A DNA stretch of 33,000 bases from contig OZ365109.1 in the NCBI GenBank assembly GCA_977030845.1, positions 13,020,001 through 13,053,000 of the forward strand. Reading direction: 5' to 3'. This document shows positions 10,548-22,074 of this stretch, piece after piece. Origin of the DNA: Fimbriosthenelais zetlandica (lineage: Eukaryota). Under the pieces are notes generated by a model. That model was not told the origin of the DNA. It did no database searches and saw only the letters and a list, made by a program, of their open reading frames with translations. The translations under genes were made by a program, and so were the position numbers. Position 1 is the first letter of the stretch. Each line of letters opens with the position of its first letter.

Positions 10548-11204
10548 AATTACTTCAAGGCAACCCGACGACCCACTAAAACCAGGCTTTTGATGCATCA
10601 CCCTTGGGGCATTGTCAGGGTAGAGTTACCAATGGAATTTATCAAGGCTCAAAGACAAACAATTACATATTACCGAGGTCTTTTTATGACTTTTGGAAGC
10701 AATCACTCCACTGAATTATGGTGGAATGATGCAAGGCTTCTAGCCTGCTTCGCCGCTAATATTCCTCCACAAGTCAGCGTGGTACAACTTGTAAGACCAC
10801 CGGAAGTGACTTCACTTCCAGCTTGCATTGAGCCTGGCTTTTTTGTGGAAGATAGATCGCTTGGGTTACCATGGAGAAGGTGTACAGTGGCGGCAATACC
10901 AATAGATGGAACAAAGTGTGCTAGGCAGGAGAGTTGCCGCTTAGGTGATCTGTCATGTAAAATGCTATGGTTTATGTATGGAATTCTTCCATCTCGCTTT
11001 TCGAATGGGACACAGAACATCTATATTCCATTCATTTTCCTTGGACATAAAAAGCACCTGTCTCTCGCTTTGACTGAAATGAATTTTCTGCCTTTTTCTT
11101 CCATCGGTTTCTCTTCTTTGTGCCCCGACAACGTCCTACAACAATGTATGGGACTTCTGTTCACTTGTAATTTAGCTTCTTGCAAGAAAGTTTTCGGAAG
11201 ATGA
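10548..11204 (+). pseudogene. Tyrosine-recombinase-derived open frame (218 codons stop-to-stop; contains the 204-aa ORF 10590-11204), apparently catalytically dead
   Basis: Matches the DIRS1 YR layout PxWD...PFEP...FLLAxxSxRRxxEL...CPVRAxxxY...SRW...AHSTR, but the catalytic R, HxxR and Y positions appear substituted (SNHSTEL, ALTEM, KKVF). Confidence 0.55.
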
Positions 11205-13078
11205 ACACAGATTTCCCGTCTCTAATTAAGAATACAGACATAAAATACTGGTATTCATAATATTGTTCTTTAGCTATTTTAATTATAAATCAGAAAAGGT
11301 CATATCTTTCATGTAGGAGTCTGCTATAAAAAAATAATAGGCCAAGTCCGTACGCTCAATTATCTGAATTATTTAAGATCACCATTAAACCTCAATTGCT
11401 GCCATTGCAATCTCACCCGATTACACTTTTTGTTTTCATGTTAATTATTGCTCCAATTTTGTTCATGCATGTAGAAAGAGACATCGGATCATGCGATTGC
11501 CTTGAAATTAAAAAAGGCATCTGATTTTGTTCCATGTAATGCATTTCTAAATTCAGAAGGCTCATCTGACAGTACATTAATCCTAAAACATTTGCTCATG
11601 TACTCGTCTATAGCCAAAGTCAAATTCGCCATGTGGATCACGACCCTCATATATACTCAGACTCTCGCCTCGGAGCTCCGCTTCAAAGTATTGTCATCCG
11701 GGCCCTCCTGACCTAAATGGAATTTGCTCTCGCATTTCCCTCCTTGTCGGTCTCGGGACGGGCTCAAAGCACTGGTCTACCGGATACAATTAATCTAATA
11801 GGCAGCTTATAAATTTGACTTGTAAGGAAAACCACGACCGCTGCTCTCGCCGCATTTTAAAGTATGGCGGGTTCACGTCCCGAATGCGACTCTGCGTTAT
11901 TTGATGTGACGTGTTGGCGACCTGAGCACCTCGGCCGAGTTGCTCTTGTAGGCCGGTCCAAGTTCTCAAAGGGGGACTGAACTGAATGCCAGATCTTTGG
12001 ACCAAGGTTTCACACAGAGAGCAAAGAAAGTGATGTTAGTAAAGAAACCAATACTTAGCCACCTCATTCTATATTCTGTGTACTTTAAGGCATGCATTAT
12101 TTGCATGGACCTGACCTGAATTTCAACTGTTCTTTTATGACCTTCAGAATACATTGTACTTTTACAATAAAAGAACCGTGGAGATCGAGAGATCATGGTT
12201 TATCTTTGACTCACTTTATAGGACTACCTCGCTGTAAAATTGTCAGGGGGTCATGTAAATATTTCATTTTAACAAAACCTTTTTTTGTATTTCGTGTTGT
12301 TTACATCTGGTTTTACAGAACATTACCCATGCATAATGTCCTACCCCCGACCTTTCCCAATATTTTATGACTTATATTTTGTTTCTCAATCTCTTCCGGT
12401 ATTTGACTGTGTTCATGTTTTTGCACGACAAGCCAGAGGTTCTGACCTGTCAACTGAAATATCAATGGTAAACTTATCTCTTCTGAACAGATGTAGTCCA
12501 CATATCCCCACAACAAGCTCTATCTTAAATTCCTTGTCCGAGCCACTCGGGTTGGGAGCTGCTCTCCCTCTGTTGGGGTAGGGGGTGGGGGTGGACGTTG
12601 AAACTGCTCTAGCACCACCACTTTAGCCCAACTATAAATAATCAATGACAACGCCACCTTATGGGCAATCAGCTAACCTTGCGGCCTCCTCCACTATACT
12701 CGCATTCTTTCCCCTCAGGACTTCTAACACTGGAGATCGGTTTTTAAAAAGGAAACAGGCCGTCCATATCTTTGAGATTTTTTTTTTATAATGAAATTTC
12801 CCTTCATTCTTTTGATGGATGGTCCTACAGTAGCGCGGTGTGCACAGCAGACTTGTGCCACATTATTGATGTCATCATTCAATGGACCGTCACCCAATTC
12901 CTTTCAGACCATGGACATATATTTCAGAAAGGTCCCTTTTGGCTAGATACATAATATATTATATCTTGAGCATGCTCCAAGAACGATTGGTATTTGAATT
13001 GAGTTTGAATGTATTGGATGATTGGAGATATTGAGCTTATTGGCAAGTTGACAGTGGATAAGGAAGGTGGATAGATTA

Positions 13079-13282
13079 AGCCTGGAACACACTAATCCGA
13101 TTCTCCAATCCGTCGCCATCCGAACCCACATTAATAATAACATCCAATGATTGAAATTTTCTTAGGGGTTAGCCTTACCTAGGTGTAAAGGTCGGTTCAA
13201 ATTACAAGCATTTGGTGTGAATAGAAGTATAGTTTCGGACAGCTAAGGCCGGATAGAGAATCGGATTAGTGTGCGCTAGACT
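13079..13282. mobile_element. MITE family A copy 4
   Basis: AGCCTGGAACACACTAATCCGATT...AATCGGATTAGTGTGCGCTAGACT. TTA on both flanks (13076-13078, 13283-13285). Confidence 0.9.
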
Positions 13283-13499
13283 TTAAGAGAACGTGATGCA
13301 TTCGTATCCTCGTGATCGATGTCAGATGAATCCTGATTGGTCGTCGTCTGTCCATGACGTGAATGGATGGACGCCTCAACCACACAACTTCCGTTTGACG
13401 ACGGGTCCTTCCTCCTTCCCATAGCAGACATACATCAATAGCATTTTTCTCTTATGCACAGGAAATAAATCAGACTTTGCCATGCTTGGCTTGTTAGCT

Positions 13500-14780
13500 C
13501 GATGAAAATGGATGGACTCTGCAGGGACCTATGTACGCCCCTCCTTTGAAACATAGTAATGGAAGAATGAAACATGGACAGGGCTAATAGAGGAAAATGG
13601 AGCTTGAAATTGATTCATGGTATATGCCTACTCCACATAAATAACAAAGGAGGAGGTAGTCTACAGCATGTGATAAGACATAAGATATCGAGGGAATGTC
13701 GAATTTTTCTTATCACAAGTCTTTCAGCTTCCCCCCTGGGCAAGCCGTAGTTCCCCCATTCGCTGAACATCGTGTTAACGTTGAGATTCCATAGGGAGTC
13801 GATTGTGTGAGAAATATAGCTGAATATAATCTATGTCGGTCTCTTTGTCTCTGCTTAACACTGTTTGTTGTCCCTGTAAAGGGATTTTCTTGCTTAATGG
13901 ACAAAAACACCATTCCTCAAGTTCCTTTCTTTAGGCTACCTTTAACAAGTTTGTCGATGAACCTAATGAAATATAAGTTCCCATCTGATATAGAGAGGCT
14001 ATAATAAACCATATAATATAATAAACTATTTGAGCTTCTCCCAAACTCAGAAAATATTTACCTTGGTCCGCCAGCACTACCATATCAGAGCTAAAAATGG
14101 ACAAACCGACCAAATATATAATCAGCAACTGAAAACCATTTTTTACCCTGACATAGTTTGTTATATACGAATATAATAAATATTCCCCACTATAGATGGA
14201 AATTAGACTATAGAATTCTTCCCATTCACCAGAAGCAACTGGCAAACCATCATCTCCATTTTTTCTTCTTCTCTCAGCTAAGAGATGTCTGAGCACATCT
14301 GAGGTCACGTGATCTGACATTGACCTGTTTGGGCTGGCCGGCTGGACGCCACTAAGGCCCCTTGTACCCCTGATAAGAGCTGGAGAAGGCCCCATACGCC
14401 CTTGCTCATAGCTCTGCCACTGCTCGATATTGCAATGGCGCTGTCCAAACCATCGATTTCCTCATACAGACCACATTGGAATGGGCTGGGAATGGAGTTG
14501 AGAAAATGATACATAATACTGATAAAATAGCGGTGAGGGTAAGGACCCCAGATCAGACCGATGAGATTTTCTTTCTCTATCTTTTCCTATGTATAATGAC
14601 TCTTGTCCGCTGGGCGCTGATGGATTTTTCCGAAGAAATATATATATATGCCTGCAGAAGAGCCAATCAACTGGAGTAGCCGAATTGATGAATATATGAC
14701 ATCCTATACTTTTCTCAGGAGTTGGATGGAATATATTCTATTGTCCCCTTTTAGGGGAGCCCTAGGTTCTTACATTGATT
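13500..14780 (+). mobile_element. BEL/Pao LTR-retrotransposon pol (RT) fossil
   Basis: Ordered motifs: GWTLQGP (cf. LGWxxxGP); QLPPW (cf. VxLPW); ENIYLGPPALP (cf. NxxLxxGPxLxP); SATENHFL (cf. ADIEKAFL); ATGKPSSPFFLLLSA (cf. FGxxxSPFxLxA); TTLEWAGNGVEKMIHN (cf. AGFxLRKWxSN); IFYCPLLG (cf. FDPLG). Multiple frameshifts. Confidence 0.45.
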
Positions 14781-15075
14781 TTGCATACATTTATACATCT
14801 CTCTTCTACATCTCCTGGGAATTAAATTTAAAGTTCATCTTTCACATTTCTTATGATTTGGATCTGTTCATAATGTACAGGATCATTTCATATTCTACTC
14901 AAGACATTGACAGACCTTTGTACTAAAGTGCTTTTGCATAAATTTATACATCTCTCTCCAGCATCATGCGGATCTCCTTGAGGTTATCGTTGTCATTTGT
15001 CTTTCACATTTTTATGATCTGGAAGCATACATGATCATTATATAATTCTGCTATAATTCTACATTGTGCAGATGC
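14779..15075. repeat. Degenerate tandem duplication, period ~153-162 bp
   Basis: TTTTGCATA(C/A)ATTTATACATCTCTCT at 14779 and 14932; TCTTTCACATTT at 14838 and 15000. Confidence 0.75.
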
Positions 15076-15219
15076 TAAATACCTGAAATGGAGTTTGTCC
15101 TTTTTGGGCATATGATTAATACGGGTTGTATGGAACCCTACTGGGTGGATTAAAAGAAGAAACACATGAAAGCCCAAGCAAACTGTAAGTCACAGATCAC
15201 ATTGACCAATTTGTGCAGC

Positions 15220-15750
15220 CAATACTGCATGTCTATAAAAGGCCAGCATATAGGTTCTAACACATTGGCTCTCCATGACATATCTCCCCCTGTGCCCTAT
15301 GTGACAATAGATATCAATTTTTTATCGAAGAAACCCAGCCTAGATCATATAAACCCGTGCCATTTGAGCCCAGCTATGCAATGTCTACAAGTGCAACCGA
15401 TTCCTTATCAACTGTTATCACACTGGAGCATGGTATAGCGGCAGACTACAAAGAGTGGCCAGCCCTTCTACTATTACTCGCTCGAGTGTTGGCATTGGCA
15501 GGGCGAAAGTCTAACAATCTTGTCAGAAAATGACCCTCTCGTAATTCACCTAACCCAATCAACCATGCTAGGTGGTATAATCTCAATCCTTGGGAGCGAG
15601 CAGGAAAAGAGGTGCACTTCATTCCCTGCGAGTAGGGAGCGGAGGGATATTGATAAAGCAGTGAGTGATGGGTACAGTGGAGTGATTGTCCTTTGTAAAT
15701 AGCGCCGGTAACAAGAGAGGCCGAGTAAACATACACATACAAGGCTAAAC
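15220..15750 (+). mobile_element. DIRS1-like tyrosine recombinase fossil
   Basis: KGQHIGSNTL; ISPPVPYVTIDINFL (cf. PPxxxxxPxWDxNxVL); PVPFEPS at 15360; TVITLEHGIAADYKEWPAL (cf. KTVFLLAxxxxxRxxExxAL); HSLRVG at 15620 (cf. HSxR catalytic motif). Frameshifted. Confidence 0.55.
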
Positions 15751-15854
15751 TGTGCCCAACAACCAACACAGCGGATATTGCCGCACAGCTCACCGTCTGT
15801 CCCTGACCGTATACTCTCAGAGATGGCCCCGAGTTATTGCCTCCAGAGTGGTGT

Positions 15855-16110
15855 CAGGGGCCGGTCCAGCAATTTGAAAAGGGTGCGGGAGGTTCGAATT
15901 TTAGTTGGAACTGGAGCAACGTCCCCCTACTCATCTATATGACGAAATGAAGAAAGAAATCCCATATAAATATGACCGTTCTGCATATAGGTATATGATC
16001 GATTCAAACTGTCCCACCGACTTTGTTTAGCCATAGTTTTTCCAGATCAAAAAGGGAGGTTCGAACCCCTCCTCCCCCCCCCCCCCCCCTTGGTGACAAG
16101 ACTCCTGCTT
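15855..16110. mobile_element. Degenerate non-autonomous element with CAGGGGC-type terminus and poly-C
   Basis: CAGGGGCCGGTCCAG start, GGGAGGTTCGAA repeated at ~15886 and ~16055, followed by a poly-C tract. Right terminus not recognisable. Confidence 0.35.
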
Positions 16111-16129
16111 TATGTCTTTTCCCACTGGA

Positions 16130-16400
16130 GGTGCACCCAGCCATGGTGTGTATCGTCATAATTTTGTCCACCATGTGAACTGAGCACTGGGATGAGGCCT
16201 TGGCCATCTGCCCAATGACCTTGTTGGCATGGACAATGTCGATGTCCTGACTCAGGAGGCTTGTTAGGTATCTCCTGACATCCCGCTTCTAAAGGTTAGA
16301 AGCTGGAGTCTCCCCTTTCTCATGTTGTAGCACCTAGTGGTCCTTCCACTGAATGCTTTCTGGAATCACATGCACAAGAACATGCATTGTTCACCAGGTT
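16130..16400 (-). mobile_element. Possible hAT transposase remnant
   Basis: RYLTSLLSQDIDIVHANKVIG resembles hAT TxxLSxxLQxxxIDIVxAxxxI. Single motif only. Confidence 0.22.
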
Positions 16401-16681
16401 CATGTGTCAGAATGGGTTGAAGGGTCAAGCAGATGCTGCCCTTGTCATGTCTCCCCGAAACGTCCACCCTGTGACTGATCCCAACTCCAGATCCTATTCA
16501 AGTTTTGTCTGGGTTGCTTATGCTTACTCTGACAACACAGCCTTTTGTGGACCTGTTGTAGAGATTCATTCCCATAATAGGCCTACTACTGAGGTTTATC
16601 CCTGAGAAAATCCCCCATTTTCATGCCCTACTCCCCTGCCAGAGAAACGTCAGAGAGCCTGTGAGATCCGAACTTATTTTT

Positions 16682-16843
16682 AGTGCACTCCAACCCTTTT
16701 GCTATGCTCTATATACCCATTCACCGAATCATTAAGTGCACTAGGACCAGAATTTATTAATTTTACTACCACACAGGCATCACATGAATTTCACGCAGTA
16801 CTTATAGTGCCATAAGCAAAATCGCAGCAGTGGAGTACAGGCT
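16682..16843. mobile_element. MITE family B copy 2 (degraded left arm)
   Basis: Right arm AAGCAAAATCGCAGCAGTGGAGTACAGGCT (to 16843) matches the family B TIR. Left remnant TGCACTCCA...TTTTGCT at ~16684. Confidence 0.7.
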
Positions 16844-17249
16844 TATGTCCCATTGAGGAATATGTCGACCTGTGCTCTATTTTCTAATTAATATGTTAGT
16901 CTATTAAGGTTTGTTCGTTTCACACCTGAATCAATTATAATAGTATACAGCTTGTGCTTCTGTGAAAGCCTTTTGATTAGGTACCTCATTAAGTCAAACA
17001 AAAATAGAAATCTCCACAGATTAACTTCTTTTTAAGTCATAAATACCTGATCTTCAGATGAGTGATAGCTACGGCTAATTAATCTGGGCTGGAACTGTAC
17101 AATGTTTGCAATCTTTTTATTCCTAAACCCCCTTTTTTTCTGTTTTCAACAGGGATAGAAAAAAACAAGTCACAAAGGCTTCATTTGTGTTTCTTAGATA
17201 TTGGCATGGTCCATCATATTCCATCAATCTGATTGTTAAGGTCTCATGT

Positions 17250-17830
17250 CATCAAAACAATGCCTCCATCAACCCGAGCCAAACTTTTTACTTGTACTAA
17301 TTACCAAAATGGATGGACCAGCCGCCATCGGCGTTTGTCCCGTCTATCAAGCCAATAAGGCCCACGTTCGCTATAACATCAAGCCATATTGCTGTATTGC
17401 CTGTATCGCTTCCCCAATGCAATCTTCTCATAGACTAAGGACCCCATACCGCCTTCTTAGTGGAAGAAAGACACGGCAATTCCTCCAATATCACCTTGTC
17501 TCATTTCTTGACTGAAAATGCTTATTGCTGAGTGCTCAGAGTTCGATAAGTCCCCCTGCTTGGCAGCGCCCCAATAGAGAAAGAGCTTTCAGCAAGCTAT
17601 TCTCAGCTCGAGGCTCTGGTTATTGTAGCCAATCTAAAACTTCAATAATTATCAATAAGGAAATGCCACCAGCAAATTCCCCCCATCTTGTCGATAAGTA
17701 ATATTGCTCCTTAAGGGTGCACGGTGGGCTTGTATGAGAGTATTGTACAGCAACATGTTGGTGGATATTTCCAACTATCGAACAGGGGATATTAAATTCT
17801 TTATCCCAACATTGTGGCTGACCATATATT
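17250..17830 (+). mobile_element. Ngaro-like tyrosine recombinase fossil
   Basis: YNIKPYCCIAC...PYRLLSGRK (cf. TIKxYxxAI...LxGxK); DTAIPPISPCLIS*LK...CLAA (cf. DxRxPIxxxLL...AA); LSISNI...TVGLYESIVQQHVGG (cf. LxxxDV...xxLxxSKTDQxGxG). Confidence 0.45.
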
Positions 17831-18079
17831 TTTCAATAACGATCTAGCAATAAAATATTATATTACACAAAACTACCACAAATAACTGAGGGAAAATGAT
17901 TCTGTCAAGGTCTGAAAGGCATACTCTCACGGACATGGGACGGGCGTTTTTTTAATTCCCCCGCACGACTCGTGTTACTTTAGGCGCCGTATTCAACCAG
18001 CTTTATTTGCATGAAGAATGGCTTCACATTTCTACAGTGCATATTGTACTAGCCAATGTAACAGCTTGGCCAATATCCA

Positions 18080-18700
18080 GTCACGCTAGTCATAAAAGTC
18101 GAGAACAATCGTTCTGCACTTGCGCCTGTAATGGTCATGTCATCAATTTATCTTGGGCACTGACCCCTGAAACGGCATCTTGACCTTGTCAATGGCGCAC
18201 AAGGCTGAAATTGAAACACGTGTCCAGGCGGCCATTACAGTGTCAACATGAATACTTGGCCTGCTTGGTTGAGCTAGAACAGTTGATCGTGTTTGCCTCT
18301 ACATGCATGCATGACCATGTCTCTGCCTTTCACTCTCGATCATGCAAATCCTGCCACTAAATTCTATAATATAGAGCTCCCCGATTTTAGCCTGTGTCTC
18401 AACATTAGATGGAGTCCTCTTTCGTCGGGGATGGAATTTCTTCTAATTGTATTTTCTGATGTGATTTGTGACTATAGACATTGTACATATTAGAACAAAT
18501 TCAATTTTAAACAGCATCGACGTATGATCCCCTGCTCCTTTGCGGCAATATATCTAGGTTTGAATTGTTTATTTTGAAGCCACACTTTGGCCTCTATGTG
18601 CATGGGCATTATATATAAGGAGAGGGACCTCAGACTCAGTTACCAATCGCCAAAATGGAATATTTCTGTTTAGATTTGGAGGACTGCACTTGTGTGTTCC
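18080..18700 (-). mobile_element. Ty3/Gypsy RT fossil
   Basis: RNIPF; EQGIIR; EIPSPTKED; NLVAGF; FRGQCPR*IDDMTITGASAE, where TAA-ATT-GAT-GAC at 18139-18150 is a mutated YIDD catalytic motif. Confidence 0.5.
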
Positions 18701-19269
18701 AGTGGGCATAATCCAGCAGAGGTAGTGGGGGCTGATCAGTCTGGTGGAGCCACTCAATACACATGCTCCATCTTGAGAGGGTAATGGCTCGGGGCATTTC
18801 CACATTATTCATCCTCCTCAGGGCTGTACCAAAATCTAAAGAGAGCAAACAGTGATGCGAAAACATGCCATGTTCAAATTCACCCTAGGTACAGATTTGA
18901 TGCTGCCCCCAAACGGCCTATAGCTCATTTATATTGGCTGCCTTTGTCCTATGTATTTCCCCGATGTCCGTATATATAGAATATGCATACAATACGTTAG
19001 TCCGCCAACAATGGAATCAATGACATTTTAATTCAAGGAAGATCAGTCATTTATTATGTATATTGTTTATTTTATAGTCCCTGGCTTTATATATTTAAAT
19101 GACAACACGAATCAAAATGTTCACATATATTTTTGACTAATTTAGAATAAACTTATTTAGTATTAATTTCACCGAACTATGCAAATCTATATAGTGATTT
19201 GGGACGCCATATAAACAGTCAGTCCCAAAACCATAGCCAGACATACTGTTAATGTATAGATACAAATTA

Positions 19270-19700
19270 GATTGGTAATGACCCGCAGCTTAATTTATCA
19301 TAGATTTGCCCATAGGGCCTTGGATAGGGTCATTGCATGTCAAATAACAAATAGTATTGCACCTGGTAACTTTCATGAACAGCAAAACTGTTATACTTTG
19401 AAAAATGTGCACTTGGTAATTCACACCAGGTTAAATGGGCCAGTATCCTGCACGCTCCCTCGGACAATCCATCCTGACTGCCCTGACTGACCAATGGCTT
19501 TACAATCCCATGACGAATATATTGGCAGCCCGCTCTTTCAAGGGGCTGCACTTCAATTTGGCGGCTGGAGGGGAATTCTAAAAGCCTTGCAGAGGCCATT
19601 TGCCCTTGAAAGCATTTCGGCCCATTCGGCTACAAAGACACAGCAAATTGGACATTGTTCTCCGATTGTTATCCCCCATTGCCTCCGTTGAAACGACCCC
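19270..19700 (+). mobile_element. Possible DIRS-type tyrosine recombinase C-terminal fossil
   Basis: DCPD*PMALQSHDEYIGSPLF (cf. LCPxxALxxY...LF); GWRGILKALQ...ISAHSATK (cf. WxxxxIxxA...AHSTR). Confidence 0.35.
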
Positions 19701-20329
19701 CGATTCCTCATTATTTGAGCCGTTGTATTATAGAAGCCTAAGCCAAAACAAGAGTTCTATAAAGCTATATGTGGCCAGTCACAAATAAAAATCATTGTTG
19801 CAAGCATCATACTTTTCTGAGAGTACTTGTGGTATTGATGTTTTGGAAATCTCCCAGGGACCTAGGGGATATAACCAAGTGCAATGGAATGTATACTCTG
19901 GAAGTGCATCCTCTATATGGGTCCCCCAATTGGCTTCCAATCAATCATTCTCCGGCCCAAGATTGATATAAGTGTCGAAACAGAGATGGTACCGCCAGCT
20001 TAGATAATCGATCGTGTGCTAATTCCCCAGTTGCAGAAAACCAGGATGCATCTTCGATTATTTTCACAGTCCGATGAACAATGATTTATGGTTGCATTTT
20101 ATGTCCGCACTCTAGACTGTCCCTCCTGAATATGTAACTCAAGCTAGATGTGTATTTATTATGGACCATATACGTGCCCTGTTTAATGTTTGCCGTACCA
20201 TAATGTTACCACTAGTAACAATCCTTTATAGGGCAGTTTTAGGAGCACAGATACATTGGTTCTCAGTTCAAAGTACTTTGTCATTTTTTCATGACCATCT
20301 TTCTCCCATTGGATGAGCTACACTGCCTG

Positions 20330-20680
20330 ACCCAGCAACATAAAGAGGATATATTAACGTGTTGTTCCACAATTTGTCTGATCACGTCCTAATGCCCCCA
20401 CGTGCTGGATAATATCCCATAGGCACATAAGACAGAGACATATTTGCCAAAGTACTCATTAAGGAACCCCATAGAGCTTCATACCATAGAAATTAATGGC
20501 ATCTTTATTACAAGTTAATTACTGTCAAAATGTATAGGGCACCTGCCTGATTGATTACGGAATCTATTGATTGTTCCCTTAGGTCCATTTGGGAATCGGC
20601 CACATTTGCCAAACGACTTGCTTTATAGCTGCTATAGCATGGTCCTCAATCATTTCCAATTAGGGAAAGGCTTGGGGACA
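20330..20680 (-). mobile_element. Second Ty3/Gypsy RT fossil
   Basis: KQVVWQM; FLNEYFGKYVSV; frameshifted CLWDII (cf. YLDDII); SSTWGH*DVIRQIVE (cf. SxTWxEHxxxVxxV). Confidence 0.33.
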
Positions 20681-22074
20681 AGGAAAGAATAGAGTGACCT
20701 GTGTACGATCTAGAAATGAGTGTCCTGTACCAAAAGAATCTAATCTAAGATAAGAGGTTTTGTTTAGAAATCTCTTGACGCAAATCCAACTCATACATGT
20801 TTAAAAATACCACATTGTAAGTTAATTTCTCCGGAGCTTATTTCCACTGTTTGCATTGTTCCTGCGTGTTCCTGCCAACGATGTGTATTCTTGTACAGGG
20901 CACATAATATATATATATACATGCAGCCTCAATTAGTCGGGATTTTAATTCATCGAGGATAACAATGCTTACTTCAACTCATTAGTAAAGAAAAGAGGAT
21001 CACTGTTGGCTGGCGTGTATATATATATATGTCAGGAAGAAGTACACTGCAGGCCTCACAGGCATTTTCCTTTTGTCGTGACTGACATCATTTGTTCAGC
21101 TGTACATTCACGCGAGAAGAAACTGTCGCAGTAAAAGATGTCCCAACATTACAGATGCACCCTATGTAGATAGGCAACAAATCTAAAGCTGGCTCAGCAG
21201 CTGTTTTCCTCTTGTTAAAAGTTCCTAGATTTCCTTCCACTGTTCACTGCAGTAATTGGCTTCACGCACGCTAACACGATAAATGACTCGGGAGTTTCAT
21301 GTACGAGGCGTAACCTTACCTTCCCTGGCTCCCAAACGGTTCAGGAGCCAACATGCCCGGAAATGGTACTAAAGCAAGCTGCTGGTTTTTATTTATCTGT
21401 CTAATATGTGACTTCACCGGGAAGCTCATAGGAGGCCCAAGGCCAGCTAAAAGGTTGGCTGAATTAAGAGCAGCAGAAGTCATTGGACCAAATAAGCAAA
21501 GGGGTGGTTAGTCGGCAGATAGGAAACAGCATCAATCACTTCCTTGAGAATTTCTGCAGCTATTTGTTCAAAACCAAGTATTGTAGTTCCCTACTTTTTA
21601 TCCAGTAATGGTGTTCTATATATATTGGCTTTGGAATGCTGAAAGTGGGAAGTGGCCATTAATTCATTACCAGGGACATCTGCTTTTGGCTTTAAAAGTG
21701 AATAACTGATACCATTGTCTTGTCATTGTCACTGAAGAAAGACTTTACTTTCAGAATATGTATCACGCAATCTTCATTGCATTCTCTTGCTGCACATCTA
21801 TGAATACTCTTTTTCAATTGTAAATATTGCGCATCTATATTTCTCATGTACATGTACATATTTCCCATGGTGACCTTAATTGGATGCAATTTGCAAAAGA
21901 AACAGAAATGAATACTAAGAATTAATATTCATTTTAAGAAAATATATACCTCAAATGCAGATAGACATGTGGATATCTCGTAGAAACATTTTCTTCTCCC
22001 AAATCGGTAATGAGGAATGAATGTCGCTTGCTATAATGTGCCACACTGTTAGAATGAACTACATCAATGTCAGG

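Larger units (their letters stand above)
8990..11204 (+). mobile_element. DIRS1-like YR retrotransposon fossil: RNase H, methyltransferase-like domain and tyrosine recombinase
   Basis: Collinear motifs: KSEQKPN*EL (cf. ExxxHINxLEL); KFKGFLQGTTVAMF (cf. FxxxLxGxxVxxxxDN); LVYNRAFQKF (cf. EWxLxxxxFxxI); DLFAS at 9750; DIYASSCFPLLR*KL (cf. YAFPPxxL); then YR HHPWGIVRV, LPMEF...GLFMTFGSNHSTEL and CTVAAIPIDGTKCARQES. Interrupted by nested MITEs and (TTTA)n. Confidence 0.65.

Noticed and set aside
10590-11204. Tudor-domain reading of the 204-aa ORF (PGFFV...PWRRC)
   Set aside because: No DYG motif, and the whole frame plus upstream RNase H and DLFAS context fits a DIRS1 YR better.
13931-14395. 154-aa minus-strand ORF as a membrane protein gene
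   Set aside because: No recognisable domain; it lies antisense to BEL-like RT motifs, and its hydrophobicity reflects AT-rich codons.
14290-14500. DIRS methyltransferase reading (SDIDLF)
   Set aside because: An isolated word; the surrounding ordered motifs favour BEL/Pao RT.
15446-15793. 115-aa minus-strand ORF
   Set aside because: Antisense to the YR fossil containing HSLRVG; no independent coding signal.
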